Below are positions 48,013 through 61,468 of a stretch of 64,000 bases of DNA, piece by piece. Where the stretch lies: contig CM059435.1 of assembly GCA_030390025.1 (NCBI GenBank), positions 84,382,001 through 84,446,000 of the forward strand, given 5' to 3'. Source of the DNA: Squalus acanthias (lineage: Eukaryota). The position numbers and the translations under genes were made by a program. Under the pieces are notes generated by a model. The model saw nothing but the letters and a program-made list of their open reading frames with translations. It was not told the origin of the DNA and did no database searches. Positions within the stretch are counted from its first letter, which is position 1; each line of letters starts with the position of its first letter.

Positions 48013-50213
48013 CTAAATATAACAGTTTATCAGACATCGGGGAACTTAAAGATAATATTTCATGTACCTCACTCTGGATTTAGAAGTGGTAGGCTCGCCA
48101 GTACTTTTGCATCTCTTTTTTCATGAGATTAAACAGGTTAGATGGAGTCAATGGTAGAGGAGGTTGTCCACGGTCTGTTGGAATGGGCTGAATGGCCATT
48201 TTTGGGTTCTTTGCGTCCTTATGTTCTTAATAATTTGCTTTCATTATTTTGGTCTTTACGGGACATATTTCCTCCGCTCACTAGTTTTAGTGAAAAGGTA
48301 GATGTACATAAACAGCAGTGCAAAATGGGTAGTCAGCTGTAACAGGCTAATTGTATGTGTAGCACTGCTCTGAGGATTGATCCCATCCAACAACAGGTTC
48401 AAGATTAGTAAACAGTACAAAAAACAGCTCTTTACTTGTTAAAGCTGTATCATAGGCCAATCATGAAAAGGCCATGCAGAATTACATGGGGAGGCAGATA
48501 ACTGAAAAAAGAGCAGGTCAGAATTTTAAATTTCTAACAATTTACTACCTGCAGGAATGAGACTCCACAGTTTCAACTGTTCCCTTTCTGGGTCGAAGAG
48601 GTTAAGTGACATTGCAGGAACATAAATCTCGTCATTAAAAAGGTCCTTACGCTGTTAAGTACCATCCCTAACTTTCTGTGGTGAGTTTAATTGGTAATTA
48701 ATGCGCAAATGCAACAATTGCTTAGACCTGGATGACTGCGAGCTGCCGTTTTCGCTAGGCTAATGGCAGAGCAGTGCAAATCGTCCAGCAATTTGTGGCA
48801 ATTCGCAACTCATGGGATATCTCTTCCTCGCCACAAATTGTTGGGTTATGCACACACTAACAACGGCATGCACATTAAACTTGCTGTTATGTTTTGGCCC
48901 ATTTTGGCCCATTGTACTGAAGCATGAAAATAACTGCACAAGCTTAATAAGGAGGAAACGGTATTATTACAATACAATTTATTAAACCAAACAGTTCCAT
49001 CCTGTGTCCAAAATGTCATTTTGATTGTCATTGCACCACTGTGGTGTAATAGAGTTACAGACTACAGAGGGACGAAGGGCCTAAATCAGGTGAATAGACA
49101 AGATTGGGGAAAACGGATTGTTCCTGCTTACAGTGTATTCATTTCATCACTGCTGAGGTGCTGCTTCAAAACCTTCACACTCATTAAGGTGACTACTGCT
49201 ACTTTCCAATTTGTTCGCCCCCCGACCTGCACAATCTTCTTCGTGATTACCTTTTGACAAGGCCTTAACAAACAGAAGCCGTTTGTTTTATTTTCTGCTA
49301 ATTTTCTTGAATAGAATTTTCTAAACACAAACAAATAGTCCATTAGTGATTTCTACCAGTGTTGCACCAGTGTTTGGGGTAATTTTATGAGTCTACATTC
49401 CAGGGGTGTCAACCCCACCTGGAGTGTATATTGGAAATTCGAGCACAAGCTGTCCACAGTTTTCTGACCATTAAAATAAATGGTCTACAAATCATGGGCA
49501 GTGTGCACTCAAATCTTCAATATGCACCCAAATCTCCAATAGGCACTTCCAACAGAGAGGCTTTCTCTTCAAAGAGCCTGGATTTTTCTTTACAAGGATG
49601 GCAAACAGAAAAATATGGGCTATTGTTAGGACAGTGTAAGAGGAGCTTTATCATGTGTCTAACCCAGGAGTGCTAAATGCTGACATTAGCTTCAAAATAA
49701 AGAGAATTGAAATAGGAAAATGCTGTTTTTTTCATTTTGCACTAAAGCACTCACAAATCATAAGGAACATTGACCATATGCAATGTAGAGCTCTCGCTAA
49801 ATTCAAATATCTAAAATTGATTAGAGATTGACAGCTCCACCATCCTTTGCCCATCATTCTAGTGTGACCTTTCCATTTCCCACACTCGCTATTCTTGCAA
49901 CTTATTAATTAGATGGATTGAATTAGTGTCATTGTGCAACTTTGCACTATGGACTCATCACTAGGAATTCCAATTGGATGGAGGGTAGTACATGAGAATC
50001 TATTGGACCAGAAGTCACAGAGAAGGAAGTGCCATACCATCTGTCTGGGAAGAATCTGAACTCTCTGTGTCTCAAGTACATGTGAGAACAAAGGAGCATT
50101 TAATCTTAGCAAAATATCATATAAACCTAGATCTCAGGAAAGTGCTGCAGTTTCAGGGACATAGAGAATGATCGATGTGGGGAGAAGTAACACAAACACA
50201 AATGCATAATCAC

Positions 50214-50367
50214 CTCAACTTCTTGGCCAAGTCTTCCCAGATAATAATATCCATCATTCTCCCTTCGAGCCAAAACACGAGCTCCCCTTATCAGCTCTCT
50301 GGCATGGGAATCAATTAAATCTCCTTTTGTTACAATCTTCATACCTCTGAGGTGTAATGTACTCCAG
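50214..50367 (-). CDS. VWA/DUF4537-like gene, exon D
   Basis: ttttgtgtag|(S)WSTLHL...RGARVLARRENDGYYYLGRLGQEVE|gtgatt; DUF4537-like VLAR..DG.YY.G motif; 154 nt. Confidence 0.85.
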
Positions 50368-51334
50368 CTACACAAAAGAGAGCTGTTTAAGTCAGACAGC
50401 TACAGAGGATATACACCAGATACAGGATACACAGTAGCTACATAAAGACCCACTGAAAACATGAGTAATGGCAATCCATTTAATTACGAGAACTTAAAAG
50501 TGTTACCGAAATGCATAGATCTTATTCACGAGTGCAGTACAGTCTGTGCTGTTCACCCTATCTTACAGTATTCTTTTTAAACTACAAATAGACTTAAAAT
50601 ACAAAGTAGAAAATTACATATCTTTTTGGTAAAACATAATTTTTTTTAGGGCTGTTATGCATAGCCAAAAATTTGAACATGACCAAAATCTTGTTTTTGC
50701 TTTAGTGCAGTGCAGATACTTTCAATGTAAATGACTCCCCTCTCCTATATGGTGGTAGACATTAGGGAGCGGATTCTCCCCTTCAGGGCGGAGTTCTGGC
50801 AGGACAAGACTTCATATCCGCCCCAGTCCCGACCCATTTTCCTGGGTCAGGGCTCATTAAGTATGCACTGTGGAATGCAAGCGGGATTTCCACCGTAAGG
50901 AGGGAGGCTGTCAGTGCAAAGGCAGAGAATGCCGCACCAGAAGATCTGCAAGGAGCTTAAAGGGGCTAAGGCGCCCCAAAGATGTCCTCCTGAAGGCCCC
51001 ATCTCAACTTGGGGCCTTCAACAGCTACGTAACTGGGGCCTACTGAAGAGAGAGGAGGTCTCAGCGCCATCACCACCGCTTTCTATGGCCACATTCCACA
51101 TGCCAGCCCCAGGAGCGGTGGTAACATGAGCAGGATGAAGGAAATTCCTTTTGGGACCTTGGGCTCCTTGCCCTTTCATTTGCATGTGGTGGGTGGGGAA
51201 AGATAACCTTAAGGTAACTTCACTGAGCAGAACCGCCACTTTGGGTTTCCAAACTTATCACAAAATCACTTAACTGATGTCAACTGCAAAATCAGCAGTG
51301 AACAATTCCACAGGGAGTGATTTTTTACCTCTAG

Positions 51335-51900
51335 ACTTGACTATTGCTCTCCTGGCCGGTCTCCCACCTTGCACCCTCCGTAAACGTGAGCTCATCCAAA
51401 ACTCTGCTTCCTGTATCCAAACTCGTACCAAGTCCCATTCACCCATCACCCCTGTGCTCACTGGCATACATTGGCTTCTGGTTTGGCAAAGCCTCGACTT
51501 TAAAATTCTCATCTTTGATTTCAAATCCCTCCATGGCCTCGCCCCTCCCTATCTCTGTAACCTCCTGCAGCAATACAATCCTCAGCCCTCCAAGATCTCT
51601 GCGCTCCTCCAATTCTGGTCTCTTGCGCTTCTGCGATTTTCTTTGCTCCACCATTGGCATCAATATCTTCAGCTGCCTAGGCCCTAAGCTCTGGAATTTC
51701 CTCCCTAAACCTCCCCGCTCTCTACCTCTCTCCTCCTTTAAGACGCTCGTTAAAACCTACCTCTTTGACCAAGCTTTTGCTCACCTGTCCTAATATCTCC
51801 TTATGTGGCTCGGTGTCAAATTTTGTTTGATAATCGCTCCTGTGAAGCACCTTGGGATGTTTTACTATGTTAAAGGCGCTATGCAAGTTGTTGTTATTAT
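51335..51900 (+). mobile_element. L2 LINE 3' end
   Basis: SHSPITPVLTGIHWL...FKILI; SSFKTLVKTYLF; tail aaggcgctatgcaagttgttgttatt. Confidence 0.85.
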
Positions 51901-52014
51901 CGATGGAGATCAACATTTTTTTCAGCCCTTAACGCTGATCAAACATCCAAGCTGAGAAAGTCCGTATCAGCTGAGTAGAATATAAACACCATGTTGGTCC
52001 CCATAATACCATAC

Positions 52015-52154
52015 CTGAAAGGCACAGCTACATGTGACAGTCCAGGTGGGCCATAGGGGTCTCTATTCAGTGCTGCAACGGTACTGCAGTACTTCAGCTC
52101 TGAGCAATATGGTCTCATCAGGCCAGAGTAATCGAGTTGATAGACCGGGATAAG
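52015..52154 (-). CDS. VWA/DUF4537-like gene, exon C
   Basis: ttttgcag|LIPVYQLDYSG...AVPF|gtatgg; 140 nt; phase 0 in and phase 2 out, exactly bridging exons B and D. Confidence 0.75.
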
Positions 52155-52374
52155 CTGCAAAAGGAAAGATAGTACTACATTTCCAAGGGCTGTTGTCAAG
52201 AAGCTTTGTAATAATAATTCCTTTTGCATTTTATTCTCTAAAAATATTTGTTAAGAAATGTCTTTTAATATTTTGGGGTCATCACAATGTAAATGTCAAT
52301 GTTGTCTCAAATATTATCATCAAGCAATTTCTGTTGCAAAGGACACAACTCAGGTTGGACACAGGAGAGAGCTT

Positions 52375-52462
52375 TTCATCGATCTGAAACATTAACTCTG
52401 TTTCTCTCTCCACAGATGCTGCCTGACCTGCTGAGTATTTCCAGCATTTTCTGTTTTTATTT
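52375..52462 (+). mobile_element. Penelope-like 3' terminal fragment
   Basis: ctgaaacattaactctg...gatgctgcctgacctgctgagtatttccagcattttctg; same family as 62745-62880. Confidence 0.75.
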
Positions 52463-53904
52463 GAGCTTTCTCTACATTGCCCCATCAAACATTATCAGGT
52501 CAGGTGTAGCGCTGATTAGAAAGGGTGTAACGCTCCCTTTACAGCACTCCATCAAACACTCTGAGAATCCACAGACTTCCCTTAGGGACTCTGTTATGGA
52601 GGCCTCCACTGAAGATATAAAGTTACTTCAGAAAAAGTTGAAGAGTTCATGCCTTACCTTGTTTTTGAAGTTTTATTTTTAAAATCAAATTAGTTTAACT
52701 GCTTCTAATGAAGGCTTCCCTGGGGAGTTTCATCTGTAGCAATTTCCATTGACACAATGAAGGGGAGGATGGGGCTTACAAACAGTACATCCTGGAATGC
52801 TCTGTGAATTCCCAGTCTTGCTGCCAATCATATAACTAAAAATATGCAAATTGTAGGCACAAATGCATGCAGAATGCTTTAGCCTACAATCTGGTAAGCT
52901 AAGAGTGATATACTGGGAATCCTCCATGAACCTCAGATGAAGCTTCTCAAAAAGACACAGGTCTCTGAAGGAAAACATTGTTACAAAATCATTTCAAACA
53001 CAGTTATGCTAATTTTTTTAAGTTAATCATTTTCTTTTAAATGTAATCTGTTCTGTTTTTATTATGTTGCAAACCTTATTTCCAGTAGCAAAAGCTCTGT
53101 ACTGCAGAACCCAAGATTCTGGCTGAAAGGACTTTCAAAAAATATTTTGAGCCATTTAACTAGTTGCTGTTGCTGATTGCCCATTTCCGATTTGTACATT
53201 GTTAAACTTTATGATTGTTGGTTTTCACTCCTGGTTACTACTTGCTGATTGTTATGTTCCCTACCTGTTCAGTGGTGATTTGTTGCTGTCTTCTGAAGAC
53301 AAAATTTGAGCTATTCATATGCAAATGTAACAGAGAAGTTTGCAAGTATAAAGGACAAAATCATGCACTAGATGCAATATTTTATATATATATATACTTA
53401 GTGATTCCCCATGGTGTTGCTTATGTTGAGATTAAGAGTATGCTGTTTTATATCATGCAATATTCAATATATTACAAAGTCAAATTGTATTTTTATTACA
53501 GAGTAATATGTATATTAAAGATATTTTCTGGCTCAAATTCCATGATTATGTGCATATTTGTGATCTTGGCTGTTATTAAATGTTTATTCAACTATGTAGT
53601 TAATTTATCTCTTACCTTTTTTATGAAGCCTAGGAAACAGAGGAAAATGGTAGGGAAAATGTCGCAGGTAGGGTAGGTGGTGGATTGCTAGAATTACATG
53701 TAGCAATCCCAGGGAGTGGAGTGGGTAGTTAGCATTGGAGGGTATTCCTGGGGTCTGAGAACATTGGGAACAGAGATCATGGGATGTGGGAGCACTGGGG
53801 AGGGGTGTGAGGGTCTAGTAAATGCAGGAAGGGGAGCACTAGGGGGAGTGGTCTATTTATTTGTGAGTATTCAGCGGAGTCCTGGGATGTGGGAAAGAGA
53901 TCGC

Positions 53905-54275
53905 CATGATTTAAGCACATAATGTAGGCAGAGATTTTAGGACAGTACTAAGGTAGTGCCGCATTGTCAGAGGAGCAATCGTGTGGATCAGACATTAAAC
54001 TGAGGTCCTGTCTGATTGGTCAAGTGGGCATAAAAGATCCCATGATACTATTCGAGAAGAGCAGGAGAGTTCTCCCAGTGTCCTGCCTGATATTTATCCC
54101 TCAATTAACACCTCCGGAAGAGATTAACTAGTTATTTATTTAATTGCTGTCTGCAGGAAACTGCTGTGCGCATATTGGCTGTTGTGTTTGCCTAAAAAGC
54201 AACAGTGATCACAGTTCACTTTGGGACATTCTGAGGAAGTGAAAGCCGCTTTATAAATTTAAGCTCTTTCTTTCT
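53905..54275 (+). mobile_element. Deu-type SINE (SacSINE1/AmnSINE1-like)
   Basis: taaactgaggtcctgtctg...aaaagatcccatg...tatttatccctca...L2-like tail; recognised from memory of the consensus. Confidence 0.7.
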
Positions 54276-55054
54276 TCTGGAAAGTTGGAGTTGTGAAAGG
54301 AGTTGCTGGGTGGAGGAGTACTGGAAGATGAATCTTGGGGTGATGAGTGAGGGGGGCGTTGCAGGGTGCCACTGAAAGAAGTGTGTTGATGGGTGGGTTA
54401 GCAATGGGGATTGAGGAGAAAAGGCATGAGTGCTCAGCATGGGGGTGGGCTCAGCGACAGGTAAATTGAGGGAACAACGAGGTAGAAAAGTTACAGGTGG
54501 TCAGGCAGGGTCAGAAGCAGCAATAGGAAGCTGCGGCGAGGAGGGGAAAGGTATATGTGCTCATAGTAGGTGGGGATGAGAACAGGAAGAAGGTCCAGCA
54601 GCGGGACAGAAGATTTTTGTGGGGCCAGGACTAGCATTCAAAAAATCATCCCTGGAGCATTTTCGGATTGGACTCCAGGGGTCTCTTTAAGGGCCGCTGG
54701 TTTGGCCGCTTTATGTTCCGTTTCACTGGGTGTGATAATGAAAGATAGGTAAAGTAATTTTGAAAGTAATGTAAGTAGGCGTTACTCTAACCAAGGCTTT
54801 AGTCACCTCTCCTCTCTCATGCAACTGGGGCTTGAGTTTTGCTCCCTTCCTGTTTACTTGCTTTGCTCATCTTGGCCTTGCCTCGCAATATTTTTCTGGC
54901 CACTGCATATCTGTGACAAGTGAAATTTTACACTTTGAAATGTTGCCATTGTTTAATGTTTATATATTTTGTAATGTATTATAAATGGTTAAACCATTTG
55001 TATCTCAAAAGCAACCAGCAGAAAAATGGTTAACAAAAGAGTGGGAAATCCTAG

Positions 55055-55948
55055 GGGGGAAAAATTAGGTCGCGCCCCATTTGGGGCGCAAATATCGTCT
55101 GGACGCAAATATTAGCGCCTGGCGCTAATTATCGGCACTGACTGGAAACTTCACTTTTACCGCCCCGGGAGGTGAGTGGAGCGCTAAATCAGGCGCTGCA
55201 CACCTGTCTTAAGGCGCAAAGGCCAAGGAGTGAGGCGCTAACTCAGAGCGCTGGCGAAGCTCATGTAATGTCAGTCAGCAATGGAACACACACACAATGG
55301 CACGGGCCAGTTCTTAAAGGGGATGGTTAATCTTGCTTTCCATCCACATCCTGTTCATTGCAGCCTTGAATCTCGGCCTGGAGAGACTTGCACATCAAAT
55401 GTGCTGGAAAGAACAATGGAGAGTACCAGGCAAAGAGCTCAGAGTGCAGCTCCCACAGTCTCTGCTAAATCGATACAAGGAATGGCAAATCAAAATGAAC
55501 CTGCAAAGTGCTGCTCAGTACCCAAAACTCCTTCACACAACGTTGAATCTCTCCAGAAGTCTCTCCCTCTCTCTCTCAGAATGCGTAGTTCAAAAATGCC
55601 ACCAACAATAAAAGACAGGAAGAGGCCCCCTTTAAATAGCGCCCCCCCCCAGCCCCACAGCGATTGATAGCGTTCCAGTCTTTTGGTCGTTGGATGCGCC
55701 AGGCGGTAAGGCAGGGGGCGCCACTCAATTTCCGCTCCGGGGCGCCACAAGGGCGTTGCACCATGGAATGACGTCACAATCTGTGCGCGCAGGTGGTCGC
55801 AGCGGTAAAGTTTAGCGCCGCCGCACAATCTCTAGTTAAGTTCCCGAGCGGCGCAAACATCGCTGCGCCCGGGCGTTAGCGGCTTTGCACCCCATTAGCG
55901 CCCTCTTAAGGCGCTAACGGGAGGCGCAACCAACTGAATTTTTACCCC
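55055..55948. mobile_element. CpG-rich Harbinger-type MITE
   Basis: Termini gggggaaaaatt/aatttttacccc, TSD TAG, many ggcgct/agcgcc subterminal motifs. Confidence 0.8.
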
Positions 55949-56333
55949 TAGGACTCTTATTCAGTTTGAAGGGAAGTACTGAATAAAAGTCCTGAATTTT
56001 GATGTTTATTTAAGCAGGACCTTTTTACATTTAGTACTGTTTGCAGTGACATTTGGAAAAGAAGGAAAATCCAAAATAATTTAAACTTTCTTAAAATGTT
56101 ATATTTCTTGGTCTTCACTACAAAAACATAGGTCTTAAATAGATGGGACTGTCCATTTATATTTTTGGTAAGGAACTATGCTGCACACATTCTCTAACAT
56201 GTCCCTTATCATAATGCAGTTATTGTCAGGCTGCTGTTGTAGACTGTAAAAGAAGGGCCTACAAATCACTAACATTAAACAATCAGTCAATACAAATGAC
56301 TGATGTTGTCATTTTAGATATTTTGAAACACAC

Positions 56334-56693
56334 TTGTTCTATTGAGCCACTTCTGCTGAGACTTGCTGCTTGAAAAGAAGCACCCGTCTGCCATGCTATC
56401 TTTTCCAAGAACTCATGAGCCTCAGTCTTGCTGTAACTTCCCATCACATAAAGAGTGTGTACTGGTCGACCCTTTGCTGCATATGTTAACATAATGTAGA
56501 TTTCTTGAGCGTTGATGTCGGGTATCCCATCAGTTATTAGGTAAACAGCATCACTGGCAGGGTCATCTAAGGCAACAGCTAAAGCATGTTGCATGTTTCT
56601 ACCAGTTTTACATTCCAGAGATTTGATCCATGGGATAGTTTTCTTTACTATCTGAGGTGTGCAATCGACCAAACTGTCACAATATTTTGCAAC
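56334..56693 (-). CDS. VWA/DUF4537-like gene, exon B (C-terminal part of VWA domain)
   Basis: tcactag|VAKYCDSLVDC...WIKSL...ALAVAL...DAVYLITDGIPD...PVHT...FLEKIAWQTGASF...EQ|gtgtgt; 360 nt, phase 0. Confidence 0.88.
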
Positions 56694-56764
56694 CTAGTGA
56701 AAAGGTAAACAAATAAATATGCATTTAGTCACTCATCAGAATTGCAAGAAATCATAATAAGATA

Positions 56765-56980
56765 AGAACATAAGAATTAGGAGCAGGAGTGGGCCATACG
56801 GCCCCTCAAGCCTGCTCCGCCATTCAGTAAGATCATGGCTGATCTTTGACCTCAGCTCTACTTTCCCGCTCAATTCCCTTATCCCTTGATTCCCTTAGAG
56901 TCCAAAAATCTAGCGATCTCAGCCTTTTGAATATCCTCAACGACTGAGCATCCACAGCCCTCTGGGGCAGTGAATTCCAA
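56765..56980 (-). mobile_element. CR1 LINE 3' tail fragment
   Basis: aagaacataagaattaggagcaggagtgggccatacggcccctc..., the reverse complement of the tail at 31400-31520. Confidence 0.8.
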
Positions 56981-58559
56981 CTCATTGTGCAGCTAAGCAA
57001 ACAATGGATGCTTTACATAGGGGCAGGACTGGATGGGTGCTACACACTGCATGGGACAATGCAGCTGAACAACTTACAGATGCAGTGGAGTAAATACTTA
57101 TCTTAAATGTGACAAAACAAAGTACCCAGTGTGGCTTAATAGGAATTTATCTATATTATGGAGAGGCAACAGTAAACATGGCCTGGCACTTCTACTGAAA
57201 ATAGTCAACACTAAGATATTTTATCAGATGGAATTTGTAAATGAAACTTTGTTAATGAAGGTACATTATTATGAATGATCAATGTATGAGACAACAGAAG
57301 TGTAGCAGCAGTCCAGAGTGTGCACATTGTGCTGAGGAAGCTATGATGTCTCAACATTTTGATTGCATACATTGTACTGCCAGTGTCTGTGATATGATTC
57401 TTTTTCAACTTGTGTCACATTTGTAACTTCATATCTTGTCTATTATTTATTTGGGGCCCTGGTATTAAGAATATTATATCACAACCATTAACAGCCTCCT
57501 TCTTTACTAGCCCTATGCAATTTTCTCTTTCCATATATTAAAGTTTGCAAAACCAAAATAAACTACTGTTCTGTTAAACTGTTTCACATTTTGATCCCAT
57601 TGTCAGCATCAAGCACTCCTGGATCTGGTAAAGCATAGGTTAGATGCAGAGTAAAGCTTTATACGCTATCCAAATGAGCACTCCAAGGTTGGGCATCATA
57701 GGATGAAGGGTAAAGCTACCAATAATGTACATTAATCACAATCTCAGAAAAGTACTCCCTGCTGCACTAGTGTGACTTTTTCATTACTACACCAGCTATC
57801 TTATGGCTTCTCACAGTAACACTGTTCAGTTGGTGCCAGTTTAGGCTGAGTATTAGCATTTTTGAACTGTGGGCTTCTTTGGCCTAGTAACTGGATTACA
57901 CCCAAATTGGGACATGATCCCTGTGCAGCGCATGCTGCACGCACTTAACGGGACCGGTGTTAGGACCACAGAAATTGGTCCACTAGCTTCAGTTGTTTAT
58001 TACTGGCAAGCTGCAGATCCCTGTATCGGCCCCAGAAAGCACGAAGATACGCCGACTCAGATGCTGGCCAATGTTGTAAGCAGAGGGAGGCAATTGAGAC
58101 TTGATGGGGGGGGGGGGGGATGGTGTGGTGGGCGCGGCGGCCGCCACCAGCAGCAACCCGCGAATGTAATGTAGAGCCAGGAGCAGCAAAAATGTTATAA
58201 CTTACCTTTCAGGAGGTAGCCTCTAGTAGTCCCTTTAAGGACTACTGGTTTGGCTGCCAAGCACCTGAGAATACCAACTGCAGCATGCACGGCACATTCA
58301 CAGCACCATGAATCAAATGGTTGTTGGGGGCGCGGGGGTGGGGAGAGTAAGTGAAAAAACACAGTAGTAATGGGGAATGCCATAGTCAGAGGATGAGATA
58401 AGTACTTTTCCAGGACAACTAAGGGTCCCAAATGTGTTTGCCTCTGAGGTGCCATGGTAAGGGATGGCACAGAGTGGGTAAAAAAGATTTGGGGGAAGGA
58501 AAGGGCATAACCAAAAGTCATGATTCAGGTCAGAACCAATGACAAAGGAAGAAATAAAA

Positions 58560-60360
58560 CTGGAGTTTTGCAAGGGATTTTCAGCAATCGGAAATAGATT
58601 AAAGAATAGGATCTTGAGGGTAGTAATATCAGGATTACACCCAGTGCCATGTACTAGTCAGTATAGGAATGGTAAGATAAATGTGTGGCTCGAGAAATGG
58701 TGTTGGAGGGAAGGGTTCAGATTCTTGGGAAATTAGGACCAGTTCTGGGGCAGGAGAGGCCTGTACTGGATGGAAATGCTTCTCCTGAAAGCTGAGAACA
58801 ATGTTCTCACTGGGAGAGTAACTAGTTCTATCTGGGGGGTTGAGGTGGTAGGGGAGGTGGAACAAGATAAGAAAGAGTAAAAGGGACACAGTGCATAGGA
58901 AAGATACAAGAGAAAACAGATAAGGAGGACAGAATAAAATGAGTAGAAATGCCAAACAGACTGTACAGGATTTGACTTATATGTATGCTAATGCATAATA
59001 TTGTGAATAAAATTGGTGAGTACAGATACAAATTGCTGTGGAGTACATTCTATAATAGTACTAACGGAGACATGGCTTAGGCTAGGGGCATACTGGGAGC
59101 TGAATGTTCCTGGCTACAGAATATTCAGGAAGGACAGAGCAGGAAAAAAGAAAGTGTGGCACTGTTAATCAAAGATTCCATTACAGCACTAGAATCTAGG
59201 AATGATATAGGGGATGGTGCAGATGCTGAATCTATTTGGTTAGAGGTAAGGAATAAGATGAAAATAGTTACTTTATTGGGAGTATATCATAGACAGTGGA
59301 AAGTAGATAGAGGAAGAGAGGCGCAGACAAATTAGAGAAAAATTAAGGAACAACAGACTATAATAAAGATTTTAATCATCTAAAGATAGACTTGGGTAAT
59401 GTATGTGGCAAAGAAGGGGTGGTGTTTTCATAATGTGCCCAGGACAGCTTTTTAGATCAGTACAATTTTAGTAAAACAAGGAAGGAGGCAGTGTTGGATC
59501 TATTAGTAGGAAATGAAGTGGGGCAATGAAAGGGATGGGGAACATCTCAGAAACAGTGACCATAACATAGTTAGGTTTGATGTGAAAATTGAAAAATACA
59601 GAGAACGGTAAAGAAACTTGACTGGAAAAATGGCAATTTCAATGAGATGAGGGAACTTGTCCAGATAAATAGGAAAGAAAAATTGCAAACACAACATTGC
59701 ACAAACAATGCAAAGCATTCAAACAGGATGTGATTAGAGAGCAGACTAGCTGTATTCCCAGAAGTAAAGGTAGTGCAGCAAAAGCTGGAGTTCCTTGGAT
59801 GAGTAGAGAATTTAAAATTAAGATTAAAATGAGAACTTGAAAAGGAAAAATGCAATGCTATGGGGAAAGAGCAGGGAAGTGGGACTAATTGGATAGCTCT
59901 TTCAAAGAGCCGGCACAGGCACGATGGATTGAATGGCCTCCTTCTGTACTGTAAGATTCTATGAGGCTTCAGAAAGAAGCATATGATAAATCTGAAGCCA
60001 ATAATACAAAAGAAAATCAAGTCAAATATAGAGGGAAGCAAAAATGATTAGAAAGGCCAAAAGTAGGTGTGAAGAAAGACTGACAGTAACATAAAGGAAA
60101 ATAATAAAGAATGTTATAATCACATAGAAAGTAAAAGAATAGTTATAATGAAAGAATAGGATCCATTAAAGATGAAGAATAAAATCTTATGGAAGATGAA
60201 GGAGCGGCACAGAAGAGAGTGAGAGTGGAAATGAAAGGGTACAAGAAGAGAAGGTGGAGCAATTAGATAGGGTAATTATAGTTGGAGAAGTACTACTGAT
60301 AAAACTGGTGGAAGTCAAAGTGGAAAAGGCACTGGGCCCTGATGACATGTATCTAAGAAT
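58560..60360 (+). mobile_element. Highly decayed CR1 LINE (ORF1 esterase end + APE)
   Basis: RVVISGLHPVP...WLEKWCWREGFRFLG; then YANA.., ETWL, FRKDR, SDHN remnants. Confidence 0.75.
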
Positions 60361-60387
60361 AGTCCATTATAAGTTTCAAATAACACT

Positions 60388-60958
60388 TGTAAGAATTTAA
60401 AGAGTTAATAGCTATTTGCTGAACGAGCAGTATTTTTGTGCGAGAATGAGCTTTGACCTTGAATGCATCCTGTTGTTGACTAAAACTGTCTCGAATGCAT
60501 ACTGTTATTGACTAAAACTAATATCTGCAAAGATGATGGACAGTTAAAGAACTCTGCTGCAACTGAACTCAAGATGTGTGGAAATTGCTTGATAAGCAAT
60601 TTAAAAACAATAGTTTAAACATTTTGTGGACAAACACAATTGGACTTTTTAAGTCATATGATCAGAACTTTGGGGGATAAAAGAGGGTTTGCGAACATTC
60701 AAGCACAGGGATAGAAGATCCACGAGGGATGTTGAGCTTGTGTAGGTGGGCGTAATGCTGGCTGGAGCCTAACACCTACCTAGCTAAAGAAGAAGACGAC
60801 GCACGCTACTCTGTCCAGCAACTGAACGGGCAATAACCATTCAGAACTGTAAATTACTGCCATTGTACACGGAAAGGTATTGATCTCTGCTGTGTATACT
60901 AATAAAAGATTTACTGTAACCAATTGGTATCAAGTCCAAATCCTTAAGAATTCCAAAA
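60388..60958 (+). mobile_element. Probable solo LTR
   Basis: Starts TGTAAGAATT, ends with an imperfect inverse AATTCCAAAA; flanked by CACT direct repeat; TATA-like gataaaa (~60676) and AATAAA (60901). Confidence 0.55.
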
Positions 60959-61249
60959 CACTGAGACATATTAGTATGGAGCTTGGAGTGGGGAAGTGCT
61001 AGGGTGTGAGAGGAGGAAAAATGAGTCCCTCACAATATGGATGAATAAATTATGCAGGTGTAAACAGTCTTGTACCCCCTTTTCTATCACAAGAGTTGTC
61101 TAAACAGGCTTACACTGGAACATAGACTCACTATATAATTACCATAACTGATTTAGTTGAATATGTATTTCTGTCTACAACACTAACCCTAACTCTGCTT
61201 TGTTTTATTGACTTAAAACACAAAGGAAGCAACTTGTTGCACCACGTAC

Positions 61250-61468
61250 CTTGCCAGAGAATGCAATGATGTTGAATTTGCAGTCAATCACTGTGTAGGC
61301 CCGAGTGAACAGGCTCTGGATCAGGTAGTACTTCACTGCATCTAGTTTGGAATACATACTCCCAGATGCGTCCAGAACAAAGGTTACATTCTTGTCTTTA
61401 ATATCTCTGAGAAGAATCGATGAACTCCCAGTAAAAAACAATGGACACAGGACTGGCATAATGGCCCC
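61250..61468 (-). CDS. VWA/DUF4537-like gene, exon A (N-terminal part of VWA domain; ATG at 61459 may be the start)
   Basis: catttcag|GAIMPVL...KNVTFVLDASGSMYSKLDAVKYYL...FNIIAFSGK|gtacgt; MIDAS DxSxS motif. Confidence 0.88.

Noticed and set aside
53215-53676. 153-aa hydrophobic ORF
   Set aside because: AT-rich intronic sequence with a non-ATG start and composition typical of a chance ORF.
56334-61468. Naming the minus-strand gene VWA3B or C11orf16
   Set aside because: The architecture and neighbourhood match neither exactly and orthology cannot be settled without a tree, so the symbol is left blank.
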